A DNA stretch of 64,000 nt, from NCBI GenBank assembly GCA_046484665.1, contig JAWOIN010000180.1:333-64332 (forward strand). The letters run 5' to 3'. Below, in pieces: positions 53,150 through 62,845 of this stretch (positions are counted from its first letter, which is position 1; the number at the start of each line of letters is the position of its first letter). The position numbers and the translations under genes were made by a program. A model generated the notes under the pieces. It saw only the letters and a list, made by a program, of their open reading frames with translations, was not told where the DNA came from and searched no databases. The stretch is from Gemmatimonadota bacterium. Lineage in GTDB: Bacteria > Gemmatimonadota > Gemmatimonadetes > Palauibacterales > Palauibacteraceae.

Positions 53150-56100
53150 TCAGCCCCGGTGCCCCAGCGCGAGCCGGTCCCGGAGCGCTTCCACGACGGC
53201 GCGACCGGGCTTCCGCGTCAGCTGCCACCGGCGCCACACCAGGTAAATCGACGGGATCACGACGAGCGTGAGCACGGTGGACGTGATCATCCCGCCCACC
53301 ATGGGAGCGGCGATCCGCTTCATCACGTCGGCCCCGGTGCCGTGACTCCAGAGGATCGGCATCAGGCCGGCGATGATCGCGACCACCGTCATCAGCTTCG
53401 GCCGGAGCCGGCCGACGGCTCCTTCCCGCACCGCCGCGCGAATGTCCTCCTCGTCCTCGAGGCGTCCCGCGAGGCTGCGCCGGTGGTAAGCCTCGTCCAG
53501 GTAGATGAGCATCACCACACCGGTCTCGGCGGCGACGCCGGCCAGCGCGATCACCCCGACCCAGACGGCGACGCTCGTGTGGTAGCCCGCCAGGAAGAGG
53601 TACCAGATCCCCCCGACGAGGGCGAAGGGCAGGGAGAGCATCACGATCAGGCTCTCCGCCACGCCCCGGAAGTTCAGGTAGAGGAGCAGGAAGATGATCG
53701 CGAGCGTGACGGGCACGACGAGCCGGAGCTTCGCCTTGACCCGCTGCATGAACTCGTACTGTCCGCTCCACACGAGGGTGTATCCGGTCGGCAGGCTGAT
53801 CGCGGCGGCGACCGTCTCCTTCGCGTTCTCGACGTAGGTCCCGACGTCCACGCCCTCGATGTCGATGAACACGGTCGTCACCGGAAAGGCGCCCTCGGTC
53901 TTCACGGCCATCGGGCCCTGGATCACGGAGACGCGAGCCACCTGCCCGAGCGGGATCTGTGCGCCCTGCGGGGCTCGCACGAGGACCTCCCGGATCTTCT
54001 GCACGTCATCGCGCAGCTCGCGGGGATAGCGGACGTTGACGTTGTAGCGCTCGCGTCCCTCCACGGTGACGGCGGCGTTGAGTCCGCCTACGCTGGCCAT
54101 GATGGCTCCGTGGATGTCCCCCACGTTGAGGCCGTACCGCGCCGCCTCGCGGCGGTCGATCTCGATGTCCACGTAGTAACCCGAGACGCCGCGCTCGGCG
54201 AAGGCGCTGCGGGTGCCCGGGACGCCCTGCATCACCGTCTCCACCTCCTGGCCGAGGGCCTGGAGCGTGTCGAGGTCGGGACCGAAGATCTTGATCCCCA
54301 CCGGCGTCCGGATCCCGGTGGCCAGCATGTCGATCCGCCCCTTGATCGGCATCGTCCACGCGTTGGTGACCCCGGGCAGCCGCACGGCCTCGTCCATCTC
54401 GGCGACGAGGCGGTCGTAGGTCATGTCCTCCCGCCACTCCTCCTCGGGCTTGAGGGTGATCGTGGTCTCGAACATGTCGAGTGGCGCCGGGTCGGTCGCC
54501 GTGCGCGCCCGCCCCGCCTTCCCGAGCACGGTCTCGACCTCGGGGAAGGAATAGAGGACGCTGTCCTGCCATCGCAGGATCTCCCGCGCCTTGGCGATGG
54601 AGACGCCCGGCACGGTAGTCGGCATGAAGAGGATCGAGCCCTCGTGCAGCGTGGGCATGAACTCGCTTCCGAGCCGCGTCCACGGCACGACGGTGACGGC
54701 CAGCACGACGGCCGCCGCCGCGATCACCGTCCACGGGCGGCGCAGGGCGAAGTGGATCACCGGCGAGTAAAGTCGCTGCAGGAAGCGGTTGATCGGGTTC
54801 TCGGCCTCCGACCGGATCCGACCGCGGATCAGGTAGCCCATGAGCACCGGCACCAGCGTGATCGAGAGCAGCGCCGAGCCGGCCATCGCGAAGGTCTTGG
54901 TGAACGCGAGCGGCTTGAACATGCGCCCTTCCTGCGCTTCGAGGCTGAACACGGGAAGGAAGCTGAACGTGATGATGAGGAGCGAGAAGAACAGCGGTGG
55001 ACCCACCTGCTTCGCGCTCTCCGCCACGATCTCCCAGCGGTCCACCTCGCGCCCCTCCTCCGCGGCGCGCTCGAGGTGCTTGTGCATGTTCTCGATCATC
55101 ACGATCGCCGCGTCGACCATGGCGCCGATCGCGATCGCGATCCCGCCGAGGCTCATGATGTTCGAGCCCACGCCGGCGAACCGCATCACGATGAACGAGA
55201 TGAGGATCCCGAGCGGCAGGGTCACGATCGCGACGAGCGCAGAGCGGAAGTGGAGGAGGAAGAGGATCGCGACCAAAGCGACGATCAGGCTCTCCTCAAG
55301 CAGCTTTTCCTCGAGCGTCCTGATCGCCCGGTGGATGAGGTCGCTCCGGTCGTAGACGGCGCGCAGCCGGACCCCCGGCGGGAGGCCGGCCTCGATCTCC
55401 GCCAACCTCTGCTTGACCCGGGAGATCGTCGCGTAGGCGTCGGAGCCGAACCGCATCACGACGATCCCGGAGACGACCTCGCCGGTCCCGTTCAGATCGG
55501 CCGCCCCGCGGCGCGGCGCGGGTCCCACCTGCACGGTCGCGACGTCCTCGACGCGAATCGGCGTTCCGTCGGGCGTGGCGCCGACGGCCACCTCGCGGAT
55601 GTCCTCCACGCCGCCCAGGTATCCGAGGCCCCGGATCATGTACTCGCGTCCGCCCATCTCGAGGACGCGGGCGCCGATGTCCACTTGGTGGGAGCCGATC
55701 GCCTGCGCGACCCGTGCGGCGGAGATGTCGTACGCCCTGAGCCGCTCCGGGTCGACCTCCACCTGGTACTGTTTCTCGAAGCCCCCGAGGCTTGCGACCT
55801 CGGACACGCCGGGGACGGCCGTCAGCTGATAGCGGACGTACCAGTCCTGGAGCGTCCGCAGTTCGGCGAGGTCGAGGCTGTCCGACTCGAGCACGTACTG
55901 GTAGACCCAGCCGACACCGGTGGCGTCCGGCCCGAGCGTGGGCTCCACCTTCTGCGGAAGCTGCGGCCGAATTCCGTTCAGGTACTCGAGCACGCGCGAG
56001 CGGGCCCAGTACAGGTCCGTGCCATCCTCGAAGATCACGTAGACGAGGCTCAGCCCGAAGAAGGAGTAGCCCCGCACGACCCGGGCGCCCGGGACCTTCA

Positions 56101-56320
56101 GCATCTCCGAGGCGATCGGGTAGGTGACCTGGTCCTCCACGATCTGCGGCGCCTGTTCCCGGAAGTCCGTCTGGATGATCACCTGCACGTCGGACAGGTC
56201 CGGAAGCGCGTCCAGCGGCGTGGTGCTGATCGCCCACACCCCGGCCAGGACCAGGCCCGCCGTGGCGAGGAGCACCAGGAAGCGGTTTCGGAGCGACCAG
56301 CCGATGACGCGCTCAATCAT
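53150..56320 (-). CDS. CusA/CzcA-family heavy-metal efflux RND permease
   Basis: ATG at 56320 (MIERVIGWSLRNRFLVLLAT). 1056 aa, 12-TM HME-RND pattern. An 8-nt overlap with the adaptor gene. Confidence 0.9.
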   Translation of the reverse strand: MIERVIGWSLRNRFLVLLATAGLVLAGVWAISTTPLDALPDLSDVQVIIQTDFREQAPQIVEDQVTYPIASEMLKVPGARVVRGYSFFGLSLVYVIFEDGTDLYWARSRVLEYLNGIRPQLPQKVEPTLGPDATGVGWVYQYVLESDSLDLAELRTLQDWYVRYQLTAVPGVSEVASLGGFEKQYQVEVDPERLRAYDISAARVAQAIGSHQVDIGARVLEMGGREYMIRGLGYLGGVEDIREVAVGATPDGTPIRVEDVATVQVGPAPRRGAADLNGTGEVVSGIVVMRFGSDAYATISRVKQRLAEIEAGLPPGVRLRAVYDRSDLIHRAIRTLEEKLLEESLIVALVAILFLLHFRSALVAIVTLPLGILISFIVMRFAGVGSNIMSLGGIAIAIGAMVDAAIVMIENMHKHLERAAEEGREVDRWEIVAESAKQVGPPLFFSLLIITFSFLPVFSLEAQEGRMFKPLAFTKTFAMAGSALLSITLVPVLMGYLIRGRIRSEAENPINRFLQRLYSPVIHFALRRPWTVIAAAAVVLAVTVVPWTRLGSEFMPTLHEGSILFMPTTVPGVSIAKAREILRWQDSVLYSFPEVETVLGKAGRARTATDPAPLDMFETTITLKPEEEWREDMTYDRLVAEMDEAVRLPGVTNAWTMPIKGRIDMLATGIRTPVGIKIFGPDLDTLQALGQEVETVMQGVPGTRSAFAERGVSGYYVDIEIDRREAARYGLNVGDIHGAIMASVGGLNAAVTVEGRERYNVNVRYPRELRDDVQKIREVLVRAPQGAQIPLGQVARVSVIQGPMAVKTEGAFPVTTVFIDIEGVDVGTYVENAKETVAAAISLPTGYTLVWSGQYEFMQRVKAKLRLVVPVTLAIIFLLLYLNFRGVAESLIVMLSLPFALVGGIWYLFLAGYHTSVAVWVGVIALAGVAAETGVVMLIYLDEAYHRRSLAGRLEDEEDIRAAVREGAVGRLRPKLMTVVAIIAGLMPILWSHGTGADVMKRIAAPMVGGMITSTVLTLVVIPSIYLVWRRWQLTRKPGRAVVEALRDRLALGHRG

Positions 56321-57611
56321 GGCTGTCACCCTCCCCGGCGGAATCGTGCTCCATGCCCGGCATCGCTCCGGTGTCCTGCTCCATGCCCGGCATCGCTCCG
56401 GAGTCGTCCTGCGTCTCCTGCATCTCCCCGGAGCCGTGCTGCATGCCCGGCATTCCGGACATCCCACCGGCGCCGCCGGCCAGCCGCGACTCGGCGTCGA
56501 CCAGGAAATTCGCCGAGGCGACCAGCTCCTCGCCGGGCTGCAGGCCCGACAGGATCTGGACCCGATCGCCGGCCCGCGAGCCGAGCACCACCTGCCGAGG
56601 CTGGAGCATCCCGGTCGAGTCGTGGACGAAGACGAGGTTGCGCTCGCCCGTGACGATGACCGCCTCCATGGGAACGGACAGGACGTCGCCCATCGGAACG
56701 TCGAAGAACATCGTGGCGAACATGCCCGGCTTGAGGCGCCCTTCCGGGTTCCGCAGTGTGACGCGGACGTGGTTCGTCCGGCTCTGCGGGTCCACCGTCG
56801 GATACACGAAGGTGACCTCGCCCATCACGTGCTCGCCCGGATACGCGGACACCTCGATGTGGGCCTGCGAGCCCTCGTGCACGAACTGCAGGTCCTGCTC
56901 GAACACCTCGCCGAGGACCCAGATCTCGGAGAGATCGGCGAGCTTGTAGAGGAGCTGGCCCGGCATCACGCGCTGGCCCTCGAGGACGGGCTTCTCGAGC
57001 ACGATCCCGTGGACGGACGAGACGAAGGTGAGCGTGCGCGTCACCTCCCCCGTGCGCTCGAGCCGGTCGATCTGCTGTTCGGTGACATCCCACCACGAGA
57101 GACGCCGCCGCGTGGCGGCGACCATGTCCTCCGCGTTGCGTCTCGCCTCCGGCGCGTCCGCGGGAACACGCTCGAGGAGCCGGAGCGCCGTCTTCAGCTC
57201 CTCCTGCGCCGACACGAGCTCGGGGCTGTAGAGGGTCAACAGGGGCTGGCCCCGCCGGACCGCTTCCCCGGTCGTCGAGACGAACAGCTTCTCGACGTAG
57301 CCGGCGATCTTCGGAGTCACCTCGGCGACGCGGTCCTCCGAGGCCTCGATCCGACCCACGGTCCGGATCGTCTTCTGCAGGGGCAGGCGTTCCGCCGTCG
57401 TGTACGTCACGCCGAGCGCCCGCTCCTGGTCGGGCGTCAGGTGGACGGCCTGCCGGGTCTCGGCGCCGGCCCCGCCGCCGTGCTGGTGCGCGGAGTGGTC
57501 CGCCGCGGCCTGTTCGGACTGTCCTGCCCCGTCCCCGTTCCCGCAGGCTCCGAGCAGCGGAGCCGCCAGGGCGACGGCGGCCATCCATGCGGTCCTGGTC
57601 ATCGTCCTCAT
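56313..57611 (-). CDS. Efflux RND periplasmic adaptor (CusB-like) lipoprotein with a C-terminal Met-rich repeat
   Basis: APLLGAC lipobox, HlyD/MFP barrel-sandwich motifs, and C-terminal GMSGMPGMQHGSGEMQETQDDSGAMPGMEQDTGAMPGMEHDS. ATGA overlap with the upstream gene. Confidence 0.85.
   Translation of the reverse strand: MRTMTRTAWMAAVALAAPLLGACGNGDGAGQSEQAAADHSAHQHGGGAGAETRQAVHLTPDQERALGVTYTTAERLPLQKTIRTVGRIEASEDRVAEVTPKIAGYVEKLFVSTTGEAVRRGQPLLTLYSPELVSAQEELKTALRLLERVPADAPEARRNAEDMVAATRRRLSWWDVTEQQIDRLERTGEVTRTLTFVSSVHGIVLEKPVLEGQRVMPGQLLYKLADLSEIWVLGEVFEQDLQFVHEGSQAHIEVSAYPGEHVMGEVTFVYPTVDPQSRTNHVRVTLRNPEGRLKPGMFATMFFDVPMGDVLSVPMEAVIVTGERNLVFVHDSTGMLQPRQVVLGSRAGDRVQILSGLQPGEELVASANFLVDAESRLAGGAGGMSGMPGMQHGSGEMQETQDDSGAMPGMEQDTGAMPGMEHDSAGEGDSHD
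56347..56406 (-). repeat. 30-nt tandem repeat (2 copies plus a degenerate third at 56437-56464) encoding (D/G)xGAMPGME(Q/H) units
   Basis: TGCTCCATGCCCGGCATCGCTCCGGTGTCC followed by TGCTCCATGCCCGGCATCGCTCCGGAGTCG on the plus strand. Confidence 0.8.
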
Positions 57612-58930
57612 TCCTCCACCCCGCTTCCGGTGCGGGTCAGCGCGTCGATCTCCGCCAGCGCCTGCCGGTGCTCGGCGGCGAGGCGGAGCCTCTCGATTTC
57701 GTATCGGTTCACGGCCAGCTGGCTTTCGATCAGGGTCGTGGCCTCGAGCTGGCCCACGCGGTACGCCCCGAGGGCCGAGGAGACGGCGGCCTCCGCCTGC
57801 GGCAGGATGGACGTCCGGTACAGTCGCTCGAGCTCGGCCGCCCGTTCCGCGGCGGCCCGGAGGTCGGCGAGCCGGGCCCAGGTCTCGTAGTAGAGGTCGA
57901 GCGCGCGGGCCTCCGCCGCTGCCTGCTCCGCCTCCGCCTCGCGCCGCATCGGGAGCTCGCGCGAGCCCGCGAACAGGGGAAGCCGGAACCCGACCATCAC
58001 GGAGCCCATGTCGTCGAACTCCGGCCTCTGCCCGTAGCTCAGGCCCAGCGTCAGATCGGGATAGAGCTGGCGCCGGGCGAGCCGCCGGGCCGCTTCCGCC
58101 GCCCGCGTCCTCTCCCGGGCCGCCGCGAGCGCGGGCCGGCCGGCCGCCGCCGTGGCCATCAGCGAGTCGAGCGGCGGCAGCCCGGGCTCCGCGGGCGGAA
58201 GCTCGAGCGTCCCCACCGGATCGGAGCCGGGCCGTCCCATCAGGGCGTTGAGGCGCGCCGCCTGGCCGACGCGCCGCATGCGCGCCGCCGTCACGTCGGC
58301 GCGCATGCGGGCGACGGCCACCTGCGCCTGCAGCACGTCCTGCTGGAGGCCCTGCCCCACCCTATATCGCGCCTCGGTGATCTCCTCGATGTCGTCCAGA
58401 AGGTGCAGCGTCTCCTCCATCACGTCGATCGAGCGGTCGAGCGCGGCGAGGCCGTAGTAGAGCGAGAGCGCCCGGGCGACGAGACGCGCCTCGACTTCGT
58501 CGGCGTCCAGGGCCGCCGCGTTCGAGACGTGCTCGGCCCGTTCCTCCGCGAAGCCGAGCTTTCCGGGCCAGCGGAAGGTCTGGATGAGCCCCACGACGTT
58601 CATCGTCATGCGCTCGTCCGTGGCGAAGCCGTCGAGCGGACGGTTCATGAGGCCGAGCTGCAGCGTCGGATCGGGCCACGCCCCGGCCGGCGACACCCTC
58701 TCCGCGGCGGCCGCGGCCGCGAGCCGGGATGCCCGGACCGCGGGGTTGGCCTCGAGGACGCCGCGAACGACCTCGGCGACGCGCAGCGTGTCGCCCGTCG
58801 CCGGGGCCACGGGCTCCTGTCCCGCGACGGCAGGAGCGCCGGTCGCGAGAGCGACGAGGGCCGTGGTGAGACGGATCCTTCGATGTACGGTCACGGGGAC
58901 TTCCCCCCTGGATTCCGGTTCCCTCCGCAT
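57608..58930 (-). CDS. TolC-family outer-membrane efflux protein (CusC-like)
   Basis: Duplicated OEP repeats across 440+ aa, first gene of the CBA operon. The start is uncertain (ATG at 58930 or 58963, or a downstream GTG). Confidence 0.8.
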   Translation of the reverse strand: MRREPESRGEVPVTVHRRIRLTTALVALATGAPAVAGQEPVAPATGDTLRVAEVVRGVLEANPAVRASRLAAAAAAERVSPAGAWPDPTLQLGLMNRPLDGFATDERMTMNVVGLIQTFRWPGKLGFAEERAEHVSNAAALDADEVEARLVARALSLYYGLAALDRSIDVMEETLHLLDDIEEITEARYRVGQGLQQDVLQAQVAVARMRADVTAARMRRVGQAARLNALMGRPGSDPVGTLELPPAEPGLPPLDSLMATAAAGRPALAAARERTRAAEAARRLARRQLYPDLTLGLSYGQRPEFDDMGSVMVGFRLPLFAGSRELPMRREAEAEQAAAEARALDLYYETWARLADLRAAAERAAELERLYRTSILPQAEAAVSSALGAYRVGQLEATTLIESQLAVNRYEIERLRLAAEHRQALAEIDALTRTGSGVEE

Positions 58931-59024
58931 CCGGACGGTCTGCGCGACTGCGGTGTGCGGCACGCGCGGAGCGGGTCACGCGGTCGCGTGTCCCGGCCCA
59001 GATGTGCGAACTCTCAGTCGGGAA

Positions 59025-59474
59025 TCAGGCCCTGGGCGGGCGTCTCGGAAGGGAGAGGTCGGATGTGTGAAGCGTCCATTGCGCTCCGGTCGCGGGGGTC
59101 GCGTGAACGACCGGGGCTGCCGCGAGCGTCGCCGGGGCGGACGTGATCACCGTGCCCGAGCAGAGCATGCCCATCGTGCACGAGACCGGACCGGGCGGTG
59201 GAGAGGTCGGCTCCGGCGCCTGCACCGTTTCGGGCGTCCCCGACCCGGTCGCGACCGGGTGTGCCGCCGATCCGCCGTGAATCGCTTCCTGCGTCGCGCC
59301 CGCGGCGTCGCCCGTGTGGACATTGTGTCCCAGCTCGAGCGCGACGTGGCCGATCTCCCGGTGGTGCCCCGCATCCCGCCCCGAGCACGGCATCCCCGGC
59401 CCCGCCGCGAGAAGCGGGGTGAGAATCGCCAGCAGGATCAGGCCTGCCGCCGGATGTCGACGCAGTCGGAGCAC
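59025..59474 (-). CDS. Hypothetical secreted or anchored Cys/His-containing protein upstream of cusC
   Basis: GTG at 59474 with GAGGAA upstream. LRLRRHPAAGLILLAILTPLLAAG signal-anchor, then MPCSGRDAGHHREIGH...HNVHTGD...SCTMGMLCSG. No family recognised. Confidence 0.4.
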   Translation of the reverse strand: MLRLRRHPAAGLILLAILTPLLAAGPGMPCSGRDAGHHREIGHVALELGHNVHTGDAAGATQEAIHGGSAAHPVATGSGTPETVQAPEPTSPPPGPVSCTMGMLCSGTVITSAPATLAAAPVVHATPATGAQWTLHTSDLSLPRRPPRA

Positions 59475-59718
59475 GGGCGTTCGGTTTCCTCGTCGTCCTG
59501 TCTGGATTAGCGCCTCGGAGCGCAAGCCCGGCCGTTCGCCAACCGGTTTCACAGCGTACTGCTACGGCGCCGCGACGAGCAAGTTCCGGACCGGGGCGCG
59601 GTGGAGCCCCGGCCGGTCGCGAGCGCGCCCCTGTCCGACAGCTCCCCTTTTCCCTCCCGGGGCGCACCCCCCTAGATTCCCGCGTCCCGAGGCACCCTGC
59701 CCGTCACGGAGAAGACCC

Positions 59719-60714
59719 ATGCCCCGAACCGAGTTCCTCTCGACCGGCTTCTACGTCCCCGAGCGGGTGGTCACGAACGCCGAGCTCGAGACCTACATGG
59801 ACACGTCGGACGAGTGGATCCGCCAGCGCTCCGGGATCGAGGAGCGGCGATGGTGCGCGGAGGGCGAGGGCGGCTCGGACATGGCGAAGGTCGCGACGGA
59901 GCGGGCGCTCGAGAAGATGGGGATGGAGGCGGACGGGATCGACTGCATCGTCCTCGCGACGGTGAGCCCGGACCACTTTTTTCCGGGCACCGGGGTCTTC
60001 CTGCAGCGGAAGCTGGGCCTGAAGGACATCCCCTGCCTCGACGTCCGCAACCAGTGCACGGGCTTCCTGTACGGACTCGAGGTGGCGGACGCGTTCATCC
60101 GGACCGGCCGGTACCGCCGGATCCTGCTCGTGGGGACGGAGATCCACTCGACGGGACTCCAGGTGAACACGGAGGGCCGGGACACGGCGGTCCTGTTCGG
60201 GGACGGGGCGGGCGTGGCCATTCTCGGCCCGACCGACGACCCGGACCGCGGGGTGCTCGCCGTGCGGAACCACGCCGACGGAGCGCACGCCGAGAAGCTC
60301 TGGGCTCCCGCCCCGGCCTGCATCAAGATGCCGTTCATCTCGAAGGAGGACATCGACGCCGGCCTCGCCCGTCCGTACATGGAGGGCCGCGAGGTGTTCA
60401 AGCACGCGGTCAACCGGATGCCGGAGGCGATCCACGAAGTGCTCGCCGAGGCGGGGTACACGATCGACGAGGTCGCGCTCGTGATCCCCCACCAGGCGAA
60501 CCTGCGGATCTCCGAGATGGTGCAGCGGCGGCTCGGCCTGTCGGACGACCGGATCTACAACAACATCATGCGCTACGGGAACACGACGGCCGCGACCATC
60601 CCGATCGCGCTCGCCGAGGCGGTGGACGAGGGACGCGTGAAGCGGGGGGACCTCGTGGCGTTCACGGCGTTCGGCTCCGGCTTCACCTGGGGTGGCGCGC
60701 TCGTCCGTTGGTAG
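59719..60714 (+). CDS. fabH: 3-oxoacyl-ACP synthase III (FabH)
   Basis: TSDEWIRQRSGIEERR, active-site NQCTGFLYG, HQANLRI and GNTTAATIP motifs. Confidence 0.9.
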   Translation: MPRTEFLSTGFYVPERVVTNAELETYMDTSDEWIRQRSGIEERRWCAEGEGGSDMAKVATERALEKMGMEADGIDCIVLATVSPDHFFPGTGVFLQRKLGLKDIPCLDVRNQCTGFLYGLEVADAFIRTGRYRRILLVGTEIHSTGLQVNTEGRDTAVLFGDGAGVAILGPTDDPDRGVLAVRNHADGAHAEKLWAPAPACIKMPFISKEDIDAGLARPYMEGREVFKHAVNRMPEAIHEVLAEAGYTIDEVALVIPHQANLRISEMVQRRLGLSDDRIYNNIMRYGNTTAATIPIALAEAVDEGRVKRGDLVAFTAFGSGFTWGGALVRW

Positions 60715-60782
60715 GCGGGCGCCCGGGGCCCGACCGGACAACCCGCCGTCGCCGGAATCCCGACTCACTGAGGAACGCCCCG

Positions 60783-61349
60783 ATGGAACGCTGCGCCTGG
60801 CTCGGCGACGATCCGCTGATGACGGCTTACCACGACGAGGAGTGGGGCGTCCCGCTGCACGACGACCGGCGCCACTTCGAGTTCCTGGTGCTCGACGGGT
60901 TTCAGGCGGGGCTCAGCTGGCGGACCGTGCTTCACAAGCGGGAGAGCTTCCGGAAGGCGCTCCACGGCTTCGACCCGGAGCGGATCGCGCGCTACGGCGA
61001 CGGCGACCGGGCGCGGCTCCTCGCCGATCCCGGAATCATCCGCAACCGACAGAAGATCGACGCCACGGTCGGCAATGCAGGGGCCTTCCTCGACCTCGTG
61101 GAACGTGAGGGCTCGTTCGACGGGTGGATCTGGCGCTTCACGGACGGGCGCACGATCCAGAACGCATGGACGGAGCTCTCGGAGCTCCCCGCGAAGACGC
61201 CCGCGGCCGAGGCGATGAGCCGGGCGCTCAAGGCGGAGGGGTTCCGGTTCGTCGGGCCGACGATCTGCTACGCGTACATGCAGGCGGCGGGCATGGTGAA
61301 CGACCACCTCACCCGCTGCTTCCGGTGGACACAGCTCGGCGGCAAGTGA
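60783..61349 (+). CDS. tag: DNA-3-methyladenine glycosylase I
   Basis: MERCAWLGDDPLMTAYHDEEWGVP...EFLVLDGFQAGLSW...GPTICYAYMQAAGMVNDH motifs. Confidence 0.9.
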   Translation: MERCAWLGDDPLMTAYHDEEWGVPLHDDRRHFEFLVLDGFQAGLSWRTVLHKRESFRKALHGFDPERIARYGDGDRARLLADPGIIRNRQKIDATVGNAGAFLDLVEREGSFDGWIWRFTDGRTIQNAWTELSELPAKTPAAEAMSRALKAEGFRFVGPTICYAYMQAAGMVNDHLTRCFRWTQLGGK

Positions 61350-61353
61350 GTCG

Positions 61354-62784
61354 GTGAGGCCCCGAGCGGTCGTCGGGCTTCTGGTCGGCGGGCTGCTGTT
61401 CGGGCTCGTGGTCGCGCTGCCCGCGCCCCAGGGCCTGTCGCCCGCGGCGTGGCGCACGGCCGCGGTCGGCCTCCTCATGGCCTCCTGGTGGGTCAGCGAG
61501 GCGATCCCGATCCCGGCCACGGCGCTGCTCCCGCTCGTCCTCTTCCCCATCCTCGGCGTCGTCCCGATCGCCGCGGCGGCTGCGCCGTTCGCGAACCCGC
61601 TGATCTACCTCTTCCTCGGCGGCTTCCTGCTCGCGCAGGGGATGCAGGCGGCAGGCCTCCCGCGCCGGATCGCGCTCGGAACGGTGCGCGTGTTCGGAAC
61701 GAGGCCCGGGTCGGTCGTCGCCGGGATCATGGCCGCCTGCGCCTTCCTCAGCATGTGGGTGAGCAACACGGCAACGGCGCTGATGATGCTCCCGATCGGG
61801 CTCTCGCTGGTCGAGCTCCTGCCCGGAGACCGGGACGATCCGGGCCGCCGCCGGTTCGGGACCGTCCTGATGCTGGGGATCGCGTACGCGTGCAGCGTGG
61901 GAGGGATGGGCACGCTGATCGGCACGCCGCCGAACGCCTTCCTCGCGGGGTTCGTGCTGGAGAGCTACGGCGAGGCGATCGGCTTCGCGCAGTGGATGCT
62001 GCTCGGCGTGCCGCTGGTGGCGATCGGCCTGCCGCTCGTCTTCCTGCTCCTGACCCGCGTCATCTTCCCGATCCCGTTCGCGGAGATCCCGGGGGGACGC
62101 GAGATGCTCGAGCGGAGGATCGACGCGCTGGGGCCCGTGAGGACCGCCGAGCGTCGCGTGGCCGCCGTATTCGCCCTCACGGCGCTCGCCTGGATCACGC
62201 GGCCGATCACGGAGCGCTGGGTACCGGGGCTCAGCGACGCCGGGATCGCGATCGCGGCCGCGACGGCGCTCTTCCTGATCCCGTCGGGCGACGGTCGGGG
62301 CAAGCGGCTCCTGACCTGGGAACTGGCGGAGAACGCGCCGTGGGGCGTGCTCGTGCTGTTCGGGGGCGGGCTCAGCCTCGCGGGGGCGATCGAGCGGACG
62401 GGGCTCGGCGACTGGCTCGGCGGTCAGATGCACGCGTTCGCTGGATGGCCGCTGCCGCTTCTCGTCGTCGTGGTGGTCGCCTCGATCATCGCGCTCACGG
62501 AGCTGACCAGCAACACGGCGACCGCCGCCACCTTCCTGCCCGTGCTCGGCGCCGTGGCGATCGCGTTCGGGAGGGACCCCCTCGTCCTCGCCGTTCCCGC
62601 CGCGCTCGCGGCGAGCGGGGCGTTCATGCTCCCCGTCGCCACGCCCCCGAACGCGATCGTCTACGGGAGCGGGGCGCTCGAGATCGGGGACATGGTCCGG
62701 GCCGGCATCTGGATGAACGTCGCCTTCACGGTTCTGATCACGGCGTTGACCTGGGCGCTCGTGCCGGTCGTGTTCGGGCTGTGA
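61354..62784 (+). CDS. DASS/SLC13-family anion:sodium symporter
   Basis: WWVSEAIPIPATALLPLVLFPILGV and SNTATA (twice) hairpin-loop motifs. About 13 TM helices, 476 aa. Confidence 0.8.
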   Translation: MRPRAVVGLLVGGLLFGLVVALPAPQGLSPAAWRTAAVGLLMASWWVSEAIPIPATALLPLVLFPILGVVPIAAAAAPFANPLIYLFLGGFLLAQGMQAAGLPRRIALGTVRVFGTRPGSVVAGIMAACAFLSMWVSNTATALMMLPIGLSLVELLPGDRDDPGRRRFGTVLMLGIAYACSVGGMGTLIGTPPNAFLAGFVLESYGEAIGFAQWMLLGVPLVAIGLPLVFLLLTRVIFPIPFAEIPGGREMLERRIDALGPVRTAERRVAAVFALTALAWITRPITERWVPGLSDAGIAIAAATALFLIPSGDGRGKRLLTWELAENAPWGVLVLFGGGLSLAGAIERTGLGDWLGGQMHAFAGWPLPLLVVVVVASIIALTELTSNTATAATFLPVLGAVAIAFGRDPLVLAVPAALAASGAFMLPVATPPNAIVYGSGALEIGDMVRAGIWMNVAFTVLITALTWALVPVVFGL

Positions 62785-62845
62785 AGAAAGGAAAGATTGC
62801 GAGTATGTTCCGGGCTCCCGCATCCCCGAGACCGGATCGTGGACC

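Noticed and set aside
53159-58979. ORF 53159..56653 (1164 aa, plus) and other long frames over cusABC (56124..57890, 56326..57588, 57587..59146, 58362..58979).
   Set aside because: They are antisense or out-of-frame shadows of the RND pump genes, with no recognisable domains.
62785-62845. Possible sigma-54 promoter (GG-N-GC in aaaGGaaagattGCga) upstream of the activator gene.
   Set aside because: The spacing between GG and GC is about 9 nt rather than the canonical 12, and the TGGCAC/TTGC context is absent.
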